From NCBI RefSeq assembly GCF_964204645.1, contig NC_134030.1:5250778-5314777 (forward strand): a stretch of 64,000 nt of DNA. The letters run 5' to 3'. Positions within the stretch are counted from its first letter, which is position 1. Each line of letters starts with the position of its first letter. This DNA comes from Tubulanus polymorphus (Eukaryota; Animalia; Nemertea). Made by a program: the position numbers and the translations under genes. Shown piece by piece: positions 1 through 10,891 of this stretch. Below the pieces are notes generated by a model. The model searched no databases. It saw only the letters and a program-made list of their open reading frames with translations, and had not been told where the DNA came from.

Positions 1-151
1 TTTCCTTGAGCTAACATTTTATTTGACATTTCGACTTTATCCTAAAAATCATCTTTCCTGAATGTATACAATTGTTTTATCCGAACAACACGGACAGAGT
101 TGACTTTGATAGGCTTGGGCTGTGAACTTCCAAAATGTCACTACTATAACT

Positions 152-215
152 CATTAGTATGGTAATCATCATGTCAGATGAAGCATTAGTATGGTAATCA
201 TCATGTCAGATGAAG
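152..215. repeat. Perfect 32-bp tandem duplication in an annexin intron
   Basis: cattagtatggtaatcatcatgtcagatgaag occurs at 152-183 and 184-215. Confidence 0.95.
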
Positions 216-222
216 TACGTAC

Positions 223-859
223 ATTTTTTATAAGTCTGTTTGATCATATTTAGTTGAGCATTCGTACGGGTGCATATAATCTCAATCAGAGTATCTTCAT
301 CCGTACCAAGACCCTGCAAAATAAGCGCGCCAATTAGTTTTTAAATTCGAGGCAAGAATGGACTGTAAATAATGTCTGAATCAAGGATTTTTAATTGTAT
401 CTTACTTTCATTGCTTTACGCAGTTCTGAAGCGTCATATTCATCTGGTGGAAGACATAATGCCTTACAAGTTGCTAAAAATTGTCCACTGATTTCGCTTT
501 TCAGTTCACTTATCAGATCCTAGAAAATTTGTTTATGAAATTTTTCAATATTCGACTTCTCAGTAAAGGTTTAGAGAAATTCAGCAATATTCTACCTTTC
601 CAAACATGGTCTTGAATTGCTTGACTATTTCTTGTCTTTGGTTACTGATTCTGTACCCGAGTACATCGATGATCGCTTGTTCATCAGTTCCTGAAATAAG
701 AAAAGATTCCAAAAATATATTGCACAGAATACTGCATTCGAGTCTATTCCAGTTACCAGTACATGTCAACTGCTTACCAAGACCCTTCATAGCCTTCCTT
801 AATTTCTCGCAGTCTGCTTCTTTATTAAATGGATCAGCCGGCTTCAACGTTCCTTCTTG
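223..859 (-). CDS. Annexin core, repeats 1-2 (gene continues off the left edge)
   Basis: Exons 859-778, 690-596, 519-406 and 313-223 have GT-AG ends and consistent phases. They translate [38 protein letters not shown]...[13 protein letters not shown]...[31 protein letters not shown], with two canonical endonexin K-G-x-G-T-D-E motifs. Confidence 0.96.
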
Positions 860-1242
860 CTGTAAGCAGATAAATTCACAATAATAAGAATAAGATTTCT
901 ATACCAACATGAAACAAATACAAAGGGGGAACTGCAAGTATAAATGCTAGTTGAGAGTGCTTCACTGACTTTTGAAGGAGAATAAAAGGATCAAATTCCA
1001 TAATCAAATTAATAGCAATCTACATTTTTCTATTTTTCACATTCAATTTATACATCACATATCATTAATAACAATTGAATCAACCTAATTATATTGCATT
1101 ATAAACATAAGTCAGGTTCTGTTAACTGATGACATTTAGAGAAATCTCTTTCAAAAAATTCATTCAACGCTTTTAAATGAAACCTGCTTTATACTTTAAA
1201 GTAGACTGTTATGCATATAATAAAAACGCTTTGAATTCTTAC

Positions 1243-1248
1243 CGCCAT
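1243..1248 (-). CDS. Candidate alternative start exon (Met-Ala) for a short annexin
   Basis: The minus strand reads aaatATGGCG|gtaaga, a phase-0 strong donor. Joined to exon 859 it gives MAQEGTLKP..., a typical short annexin N-terminus. Confidence 0.6.
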
Positions 1249-1669
1249 ATTTATAGATTTCAGAAAAAATTGTGCTAATCAGAACGATCCGATGGTCCTA
1301 GTATACCGTAGTTCAACTATGAGCTACTACTAAATAAGTACTGGGTGTGCACTTTGTTGCTATGTCTGGTAGGTGCCACTACAGCAAGTTTATGTAGGCT
1401 TGAACGAGCCCATTCTCGAAAGCTATTGTTATGCTAAAACGCATTCACTTCCTTGTTATATAGGCCTGCCAGTAATAGTTTTAAAAATTTACAGGTCACA
1501 TGGTAATAACAAATATTTCTAGTACGCATTGTGATTAATGCATTCATTTGCTTTTAATACAAGTATCATTGCTTTATGCATCCTGAACATTCTACTTGCT
1601 AACTAAACTATTTTAGGAAAATTTGAACTAACAGGAATTTAAGTTAATTAGTTGATTAACAGAACTGAC

Positions 1670-4561
1670 CTCATAATCTTCCGTTTCAAAGAAAGGCACA
1701 TACTCTTCGGGAGGTTTCTCTTTTTTTGGTGGTTTCTTCGTCTCTTCCTTCGGTTTCGATACCGATGGCTTTCTCTTCGTCTCGGGTTTCGGTTGTTCTT
1801 TTTTTGTCTGCGGTTTTGGCTTCGCGCCAGGTTTCACCATTTCAATAGTGATCAAGTAACTGCTTTCACCCTCATCAAAATCTGCATTCAATATCTGAAA
1901 AAGTTTAAAATATTCGTTTTTAATTTTCAGTTACAGGGGCCAGTTGCACAGTCATGGCTTACATCCAAAAATGGTCTTAAGATCTTAAGACTGGTCTTAA
2001 GACCGTCTTAAGACCGAACTCCACAGTAATGAGTTAAGAAATTGTTAAATAATAAACTGATTTTTACTCCTTTGAGTCAAATGTAAACATGAACTGTGGC
2101 ACTGGGTCCTGAAGACTTGTAAAAGAAATAACTTTCAGTTAGCCAACATGGAATAAACCTAAAAAAATTCATATTTACAAATATATGAAAGGACGATACT
2201 ACATGGTAAACCAAACAGCATTTGTTACAATATCAAAATTTCTCCCGAAATGTAACCATAGAATGCAAGATATAATCAACTATTTTCAACTGAATAAAGA
2301 ATGTTAACTTACTTTTCCAATTTGTGGTTCAGAAATGGCAGCTTTGAACGACTGATCTCGCTTGCAGTAATCGATCAAATGAGCATAAACATGTGACAAT
2401 TGTTTCCTTAATTGACCTACGTATTGAAACGAAGATATCGCAAATATAGATGGACTACCACTGGCAGATAACTTTTTAAAATACGTTTCAAAATCGTTAT
2501 CTTACCATTTCCAGGACTGACTGGCATAAGGGTAGGACCGTTTCCATTAATAACGTCCGCTGCTGGTTTTGGCGGTGCTTGAATCGCGGCGGTGGCTTTC
2601 TTTTTCATATCTTCCACAGCCAGGCGGACATCTTTAACGGTCATTTCATGAGTTTCATCGAGTTTCTGGCGAGAAAGAATCTCATAAGAATGAACTACGC
2701 AATTTCACCGCTTTCAAATTTCCCAACATCATAAACTCATGACTCATTTTTTTGACAAATTTTTTTATTTATTCATTTCATTTGGGGCACCCCCTGGTAG
2801 TCTCTAGACTTGGGGGTATCCTCTCAGTTAATTAAATTCTGTCAGCGTATTGAAATTATTTACGTATCTATTGAAAAATATAATTCATTCATTCATAGAA
2901 ACATTATCACATTATAAAACGGACGGACAAATTTGTATCAACAATATCTCAGTAGGTCGTAGACTATACCTGCATCACTTGATTAGTAACAGCCCCAAGC
3001 TGTTTAGCAGTAACTGCACCACCACCACCACCAAATCCACCTCCGGTAGCATTCGGATCTCTCTTCAACGTCGCGGCACCGTTTGAGACAGCGAGCTCCG
3101 TAATCATCTCGGGCGGCATACCCCACAGATTGATCTGCGTGCCCGAATAATTCACCGGATTGAAAGGCCCATCGACTGAACGAATTAAATGTATAAATTG
3201 AATCAATTAAACTGATTAATAGGACAAGTGGATAATTTCAATCAAGATCGATCATTTCTTACCATCATTGTTACCCTGAGTGTCCATCGCTCCCCATACA
3301 TTTCGTCGTTTCGCGGGTTCGAGTGCCAACATCTTTTTATCTTTATCACTTTCATCGGATTTTTCCTTATCCTCTTCTTTTTCTTTCTTTTTATTGTCTT
3401 TCGCTTCATCTTTCTTATCATTCGGTTTAGGAGCACCGGCGGTGACTTTCTTTTTAGGCGGGTTTTTCTTTTCTGGTTTTTTCGAGTCATCCTTCTTCTT
3501 TACATCTTCCTTTTTCGAAGCCTTCTTTGTATCTTTCTTTTTCTCATCGTCCTTATCACTTTTGCTCTTTTTGTCCTTTTTCCTATCCTTGTCGTTCTTG
3601 CCTTTTTTCTTTTTATGATGATGATCATCATCATCACTATCACTCTCACTCTCACTGGAGCTACTACTGCTGTCACTGTCTTTTTTATGTTTTTTCTTAT
3701 GTCTTCTTTCTTTTTCTTCTCTTCTTTTCTGTTTTTCTTTTTTCTCCTGCAAAATAAAAATTCATCATTCTAAATGATTTGAATTCACTCAATAGAACTA
3801 TGTAGTCCCGTGGCCAGACCGAGTATTAAGACATTATAAACGATGAAATTTCCTGAGAGTTTGCATCGCCGTTGCGATTGAGGCCTACCTGTTTCTTTGC
3901 TTCCCTGAGGCTACGTCTGAGACTGTCGCTGCGTTGTTGCCAAAAATTAATTTCCGAGTCCGACGACCACTCGGAGCTGGATGACAATTCTACAGTGTTG
4001 ACGTCATCCAAACCAGCAAAAAATTTATCGAGTTCAGACTGAGGATTCTCGACTTGGAATGTTTTCGTAACTACAGCACTTTCCTTGACACCATCACTGC
4101 AAAGATAGATATAATTGAAAATATTCATGTGGCTTAAAAAAGAAAAATGACAAGTAAAATATGAGGCATTTAAGGACTGTTTACTCAGCTACACACACCT
4201 AGACATTGCCAATGCTCGTACAGTTCTTCTTCCAGGCTTCAACGTAAAAGGACCTTTATATCGGAATGTTGTTTCCTTTCCACCGGGAGCTCGAGGTATG
4301 AATGGATCAGGACGAGATCCATCAGTCGTGAAGTACAGTTTACAAAACAATGTATCTGGAAACAAATTATAATTCATAGTTTCAAAGCTTAAATAGATCA
4401 CGTTATAAAGGATATCATAGTTTACTTTCAATTCATATCTAATACATACCGATATCAAGTTTAATCAGTGTGTCTGTGGAAATGTGATTTGATGGTTTAG
4501 AAAAGTCGGGCATCCGCAATGGCGTTATAACCGGCGGGGGAAGTGCACCGGCGGACGGCAT
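1670..4561 (-). CDS. DZANK1-like N-terminal region (Fn3-associated domain, K/D/E/S-rich linker, second DZANK1-like block); probably spliced in frame to the annexin
   Basis: Exons 4561-4450, 4355-4199, 4096-3889, 3746-3263, 3175-2970, 2665-2506, 2416-2313 and 1894-1670 total 552 codons with all phases consistent. MPSAGALPPPVITPLRMP...LYFTTDGSRP...TFRYKGPFTLKPGRRTVRALAMS...SAVVTKTF and VSPGNGQLRKQLSHVYAHLIDY...FKAAISEPQIGKILNA resemble recalled DZANK1 segments. Confidence 0.85.
1934..2111. mobile_element. PIF/Harbinger-like MITE
   Basis: Imperfect TIRs gggccagttgcacagtcatg / catgaactgtggcactgggtc with CWG flanks and internal gtcttaaga repeats. Confidence 0.6.
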
Positions 4562-4676
4562 CTTGTGACTAGATCTATCTAAAGTTTAGTTCCTGAACTC
4601 AGTGAGTTCTTGTTCGGGGGCTTCAAACTGAAATGAAAGATTGGAATTATCGTTTTGATTCTGATGATATCAACAA

Positions 4677-5067
4677 CGAAGTGGCTACTCGTACGGACCC
4701 GTACGAATAATTCCATAGGCTATTCGTACGCACCCGTCGGATAACTCTGGAATTATGTGTACGGGAAGGGATATGGTTAGGGTAAGGTGAGACTATATCT
4801 AGTTAAAACATTCGACCGACTGTCAGCGAGCTCGGTGGTCTAGTGGTATGATGCTGCGCTAGTAATTTACTGGCCCGGGTTCGAGTCTCGCTCTATCCGC
4901 TATTTTTCTCTAACTCTATTCTCCACACTTTCCTTCAAGTCGTGCACCTCTATACGCATGCGCGGCGTTAATCGGCCAATCAGCGACAGTTATTAGCGTA
5001 CAGATCCTAGTCCCGTACGAATAGCCTCCAGAGTAATCCGTACGGGTCCGTACGAGTAGCCACAGCG
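4677..5067 (+). mobile_element. MITE with 9-bp TSD (Mutator-like) carrying a tRNA-derived cassette, copy A
   Basis: TSD tatcaacaa at 4668-4676 and 5068-5076. TIRs are about 54 bp with a 25-bp perfect stretch gtggctactcgtacggacccgtacg. It lies in the 5'UTR intron of the DZANK1-like gene. Confidence 0.9.
4829..4907 (+). pseudogene. tRNA-derived (Thr-like anticodon loop) Pol III cassette, non-canonical cloverleaf
   Basis: A-box TGGTCTAGTGG at 4836-4846, loop CT-AGT-AA, B-box GGTTCGAGTC at 4878-4887, T5 at 4903-4907. The acceptor and anticodon stems do not pair. Confidence 0.75.
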
Positions 5068-5223
5068 TATCAACAAACAAATGGTCGGTGTCATGTCAAA
5101 AGAATGCCAATTTTAAAGTGCCTTTTTTACTTTGAATCAACATGACCAAGTGGAAAGATCGGGTAATAAGTTGCAGAGATCAATAAGAAATAGTTTTCAG
5201 TTCAGAAAATGACACATTCTTAC

Positions 5224-5523
5224 CCGAAACACGTCGAATAATGTATTTTTCTCAATTTTTCGCTCGTTTCTAAAAAGTTGTTTATTTCAGTTGTCAGGAG
5301 AAACGATCGCGGAATTCACTCGCAAAGCATCAAAACGCGGTCACAATCTGGACTCGATCGCGGCTAATTAAGCCAATAATAAGTCCATATCCATGATTTA
5401 TATTCTGGCACGCGAGGGTTAGTGAATTCTACGCTAGCTTTTAACTCGACAGGCGGCGCTTTCGTCGATTATTCCTGAATTTTTGCAAATTTTTCCAGTG
5501 ATTTTTGCGTCGAATCTTCAACA
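5224..5523. promoter_or_regulatory. Probable bidirectional promoter (DZANK1-like/annexin and PFDN5)
   Basis: Minus-strand donor gg|gtaaga at 5224/5223 matches an acceptor near 4628. The PFDN5 ATG is at 5524. The interval is CpG-rich and contains a CCAAT box. Confidence 0.55.
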
Positions 5524-7341
5524 ATGGCGGCTCCGAATCAAGTGGATATAACGCAGCTTAATGTTCAACAGTTGAGTCAATTATCACAACAACTGGAACA
5601 GGTATGTAAAATTCGATTACTGATCAAATTTCTGATTTATTACCTTTTTTAGGCCGTCCCCGTCCACCGTCGTCCCACACCATATACCCATTTTCTTTTA
5701 CAATAATTCTTTTATTGTAGGGCTCGTCAATGTTTACCCCTAGTATCATTTGAACCGTAGTTTTATCTGTGAACACCTACAGTTTTGATAATGCGTAGGC
5801 CGCAGCTCATGCATTTTGTTCATTTATTTCAGGAAATTAGCTTCTTCACAAATTCTCTAAAGTCACTGAAAATGGCTCAGCAGAAGTTCAACGAATCGCA
5901 GGAATGCCTCAATTCAATGAATGAAGAATCAAAGGACAAGGAAGTGTTAGTGCCATTAACAGGATCTGTATCCTTTTATATGAGTTGTCTATTAAGATAT
6001 TTGGTTTTTAATCCATAGTCCTTGTTAGTCATTTTTGGAACAAAGTGGATATTTAACCATTTACGGCTAAGTATTTACTTCCGCCATTATACCGTACATT
6101 ATTACTATATATATATAGTATTAACTAATAAAACTAACAATAAAATCATTATATTGGGTTTAGGGTTAGGGCTTCGATAGGGTTAGTGTTGAGAGGGTGA
6201 GAAGAGGGTCCAGAGGGTTCCGTTTTACCCCTAGGGATAGGATTAGGGTAAGGTGAGGTATTATACATAGTTAAAACATTCAACTGGTTTTCAGTGAGCT
6301 CGGTGGTCTAGTGGTATGACGCTGCGCTTGTAATTTACTGGCCCGGGTTCGAGTCTCGCTCTATCCGCTCTATTTTCTCTAACTCTATTCTCCACACTTT
6401 CCTTGAATTTTCGCGCACCTCTGTGCGCATGCGTGGCGTAAATCAACCAATCAGGGACGATGTATGGTATAATAGTGGAAATAAATACTCGGCCGTATAC
6501 AGTAAAATATCCACTGCATTTTTGGAAAGGAATTTGATATCAATAATCTACAAATTCACTTATTTCTTGTTGTCGGAATACTGGGACCATTTCCACGTTT
6601 CGGTCAAATATTTGAATACCTCAACCATGTATTCAATTCTGAACCAACAACTGCACAATCAGGTGTTGCTTGATTAGGGGTATTTCCTTGACAGTAATAA
6701 ATAGATGTATGTACCAGGAACTCTTAGCAATGTCACTGATGTACTCGTGGATGTAGGAACTGGTTACTATGTTGAAAAGGTATTTATTGCTGAATCATTG
6801 AACAACAAAAATGCAAAATCGAGAGTCAAATGTTGAATCTGTGGTTGCAATAATCTACATATCAATAACTTATAGCAATTCTTCATTTCCAGTCAATTGA
6901 AGGCGGTAAAAAGTACTTCAAGAGAAAAGTTGAGTTCATTACGAAACAGATTGAAAAAATACAGCCTATTCTACAGGAGAAAGCTAAAATGAAACAAGGT
7001 AATTGTAATAAACTGCTTGGGCAATGACAATCATTATCAAAATAAATCTAAAACTTAACTTAACTATTTTTATTCAGTTGAATTGTCATCGTTGAATTGT
7101 TATCACTATATTTTAATCCCAATTGGTATTTGAAATATAAGTCATTGACATAATGATCGTCCCAGCGCTGATGTCTTACAGAGATCGACTAAGAAACCTG
7201 TACTGCGGTACATGATATTTTCCTAAACTTCACTGATTTTGGTTTTTTTCGCTTCTTTTTGCAGCTGTTATGGAAATCTTGCAGTTGAAAGTTCAAAGTC
7301 AAATGTCCCAGCAGCAACAGCAAGGAGTGGCTCGTACCTAG
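5524..7341 (+). CDS. PFDN5: Prefoldin subunit 5 (156 aa)
   Basis: Exons 5524-5601, 5833-5967, 6705-6779, 6893-6998 and 7265-7341. Motif EVLVPLTGS|MYVPGTL...VLVDVGTGYYVEK. AATAAA at 7591. Confidence 0.97.
6041..6518 (+). mobile_element. MITE with 9-bp TSD (Mutator-like) carrying a tRNA-derived cassette, copy B
   Basis: TSD tttttggaa at 6032-6040 and 6519-6527. Imperfect TIRs of about 59 bp are unrelated to those of copy A beyond the termini. The core of about 215 bp is shared with copy A. Confidence 0.88.
6297..6376 (+). pseudogene. tRNA-derived Pol III cassette, copy B
   Basis: A-box at 6304-6314, loop CT-TGT-AA, B-box at 6346-6355, T4 at 6373-6376. It differs from copy A at 2 positions over about 74 nt. 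Confidence 0.75.
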
Positions 7342-8281
7342 AGATTCCGATATAGCTTCACTTCATTTCATCACTGAAATATTTCCCAAATTCCCAGCTA
7401 AAAGAAAATCACCCCGGTTATTGAGTGACTGAGATGAGGCAAAAGACATGAAATCATTTCTTTATTTCCTGACATTTCATATTCTTGATCTATGTGTGCT
7501 GGTTTTCCTCACAATTACTTACAAGGTACCGCTGGGTATAAAATATGTAGGATTTTGGCCTAAGACGATATGTTATAAATTCATTTATTTAATAAAATCC
7601 ACATTTTATTAGAACTTAGTTGTTGGTGTTTTTGTTGTGCATGTATTGTCACTTTCACTTGATGGAAAACGTAAGGATGAATGGGCAACAGAAAATGTAG
7701 ATTAGACTGGGGATCCAGCGTATGGCATTCAGAAGATATTTCCTACCTATCTATACCACTTGAACGGACCCTTTTACTTTTTACCAAGTTTAAGAAAGTT
7801 TGGATGAAGACTCAAGGCAAGGACGTAGGAGAAAATTCTGATGAGAGTTCTAGGACTAGTAGTTAGAAGTAAAATTTGACGGACATTTTTTGCTGTGCGC
7901 AGGACATATTTGTCCTTGCATGCGCATTTAGATCTTGATTTGCATAGACAATTTTGTCCAGTTCGCATGGATATTATCGCCTAAACATTACCGTTGGAAA
8001 GAACCTCGCATAAAACACTTCATGTCAACACTAGGCACCGTACTCGTGACGCGTCGTTCTGTCTGCCTAGTGACGTCGATATTCTGGTTTGTAGCGCTGG
8101 TTGTCAACTAGCTTTTGCTGTGTGTATGGCGACTTCCACAGTACTGTCATTTACACCGTGCACAATAACTTCTATGTCATTGATTTACCATTGATATAGT
8201 CGTCAACACTGTTTGATTGAGACTTACGCTTTGCAATATTTTGTACGATCACTTTTCATCGGGAGAATCCGGAGAAATAAG

Positions 8282-10126
8282 ATGACTACCATTCACCACC
8301 CGACTTCAAGACCGATCACAAACCAGTGCTTGTGGTAAGTAGGGATAAGACATTATAAATCGAATCGCGGATATCGCATTATCATCATATACTTTTAGTC
8401 TTTCTCTTCTGCTGCTGTGGTTTTGTCGAATGATCCTTATTTTTCTATTTCTTATATATGCACACACATATCGCTGGTATTCGAAATATCATTCAGTCTA
8501 ATTTCATGTTTCGATGAAAATGAATCATCGATTAGGGCAAATAGAAATTTTTCAAATCTGAAATTCTGTTCTGACAAATCAATTGAACCCGATCACATTT
8601 TGAAATGGATTCGGTTTCAATAGTCATCCAATATGTCTGACAAGGTTTCCATATCGAGTCATTTTTCGGTGACTAATAAATGTCGATGGTTATTTTTGTC
8701 CACGGGTCGTGGATTAACATTTGTTTGTTTAAACCTTTCCAGTGACTGCTTACGATAATGTATAATGTCAGTTTAAAGTTGAACTAATTTGCTAGGAGTA
8801 AATGAATGTATCGGCATGCTTTACTGTTTAATGTATATACTATATATGTCTGCAGTGTTGATCGCACCAAGGAATTAATTATTCATAAACCAATTTTCAA
8901 TTGTGTTTGTGCCCGTTACGTAAACGTTATTCAATCCTGGTCCTGGCGAATCGTATGCAATCCGACAAGAATTTCAGCAAAAGACGGAAAGTTCTTGAAT
9001 AAATGAATAATACGCATTATATTTGGAGCAATGTTCCCTTCGTTTAAAACTAAATAGCCATCATCAAATGAATATCGATACTAAACAAACGGATCTACAT
9101 ATTTGGCCCAAACGGTCCAGCCCTGTCATTAGTAAATACTTTTCAAACTTATATTTCAAATTTATATTTTAGGGGGTTTGAGCCATAAATTCCAACAAAC
9201 ACCCGGTTCGAAAGTCCTCAAACGTTTCTTAAAGGATTGTTCGTTATTTTCCAAGTGTTGTGTGAAAATTAATGGTTTGAATTTTTTTCTAGGGAGTGGC
9301 CGATTCCAGGAGAAGATTACGTACACGACAAAAGTACTTTTACCGTATGTATACAGAGTCCGCCTATGGACGAGATATCACTTTATCCTGATTAAAATTT
9401 AGAAATATTCGATAATAACTAGAAAAACCTCTGAGTAGGTTTTTGCAACTTTTTATTTTCTTTCTATAGAGAAACAATGCCATCAGAAGTTTCTACGTGG
9501 TACATCCGGATTGGATTTCAGAAGAGTTCAATCGACCACGGACGAACGGCAGACAAAATCTGCCTTGGCCCTGGGAGTTTCCTGGAGCTCGATCGATGTA
9601 CCAGTTGCCGACATCCTACTACAGAAAACGAGTACTGAATGAAATGAAAGTCGAAGACAACGCCCGTAAAGTGAACAGCGCTGATCCGCATTACAAAGTC
9701 GCCCACTCATCCCCGCCGCACATAAACAACCCGGCTGAAGTTCCGTACTCGAGCGTCGCGGAGAAACGTCCGATTCATCATCCGTGGGTGGAGCCGTGGA
9801 ACAACCAGCGCCCGACATTGAAACGCGAGCTTTCACTGCCCCCGCTTGACGAGAGACTTCGCAACGGCGATCTGGCAAAAAATCTACACCGAGGCACGAA
9901 TATCCAGTTCGGAACGGTGCAAAGGGAGGCCAGTACCGTGCCGTACTCGACTAGATTTCAGTTCGGGTCAGCGGTCAGCGCCGGCGCTAGTCCCAGGCGC
10001 TCGTTTCCCTACACGTACGCGCAGTCACAAAGAGAGGAGACAGCAACGGCGGCACCGACGAAGGAAGAAGCGGAAACTTTCAGGCGCTTGCATAACACGT
10101 ATATGACCGCTTGTAGTTGGAAATAA
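8282..10126 (+). CDS. Uncharacterised protein (about 253 aa)
   Basis: Exons 8282-8334, 9293-9344 and 9470-10126 join in phase: MTTIHHPTSRPITNQCLWEWPIPGEDYVHDKSTFTRNNAIRSFYVVHPDWISEE... The last exon is long, open and GC-rich. AATAAA near 10254. Confidence 0.75.
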
Positions 10127-10891
10127 TTAACGTTCATATGTGTTTCCACGCAGCAAATAGAATTTTATTTACGCTAGAAAGTCTCTGTGATATTCGCTTG
10201 CATGTAAATAGATTGCGGCTTTTTTCGTGTGTAATTTTGTTGTTTTTGTTTTTAATAAATAAATCTGGTAGTAAACGAATTCGGATTCTTCTGTGGATGA
10301 TGACTTAGGCCATAAGGATCCACAGGCCAAATCTCTACACATTATCCGATCTAGCAAACAAGGCCCTAGGAAAAAACAATGTACTAAAGAGCTCACGTGA
10401 ACCACCAGGGGTTGCGATAGCGATATATACCTGACACTAAGGTTCTCAGTGAACTGGAGCTGTTGCCACTCGTACGCCCGGGGCCGCGCATCCTCGGAGG
10501 ACGTTGCAATTATTCGCCACCTCAACTTCCACTCTCAGAACACCAACGAAACTTATAAAGCCCTATCTCACATTATGCTGAAATCCCTACTCCCGGACAA
10601 GATCACGAAAACTCAGCTGAACCATACACATTAATTAATGCGCGGAAGGTGGTCTCGAACCCGAGGCGGCGCGGTGCCCGTCGAGTGGCCCGCAAATGTA
10701 ATTGACTGGACCGTACGCTGCTGCCATCTGTTGATAAAAATCAACCAATCAGTGCCGAATCGAATTACATATGGCGACGGCCATGTCAAATTAATCCACG
10801 CGGTTTTTTGCAAGTAAAAACGACATTTTAGACGTTGATTAACTCTTTGATTTGTGTTGCACATATTTTAAGAGTAACTTAGATACGCGTG

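Larger units (their letters stand above)
5968..6704 (+). other. U12-type (minor spliceosome) GT-AG intron in PFDN5
   Basis: The 5' splice site is GTATCCTTTT. Branch point TTCCTTGAC (6684-6692) lies about 10 nt upstream of the AG, with no pyrimidine tract. Confidence 0.93.

Noticed and set aside
3228-3773. Plus-strand Phe/Leu-rich ORFs (also 1652-2011)
   Set aside because: They are antisense shadows of the Lys/Glu-rich minus-strand exons.
4829-4900. Functional tRNA-Thr genes (also 6297-6368)
   Set aside because: The acceptor and anticodon stems cannot pair, and both copies are embedded in TIR/TSD elements.
7150-7240. C/D-box snoRNA in PFDN5 intron 4
   Set aside because: The C box is poor, there is no terminal stem, and no rRNA complementarity was recognised.
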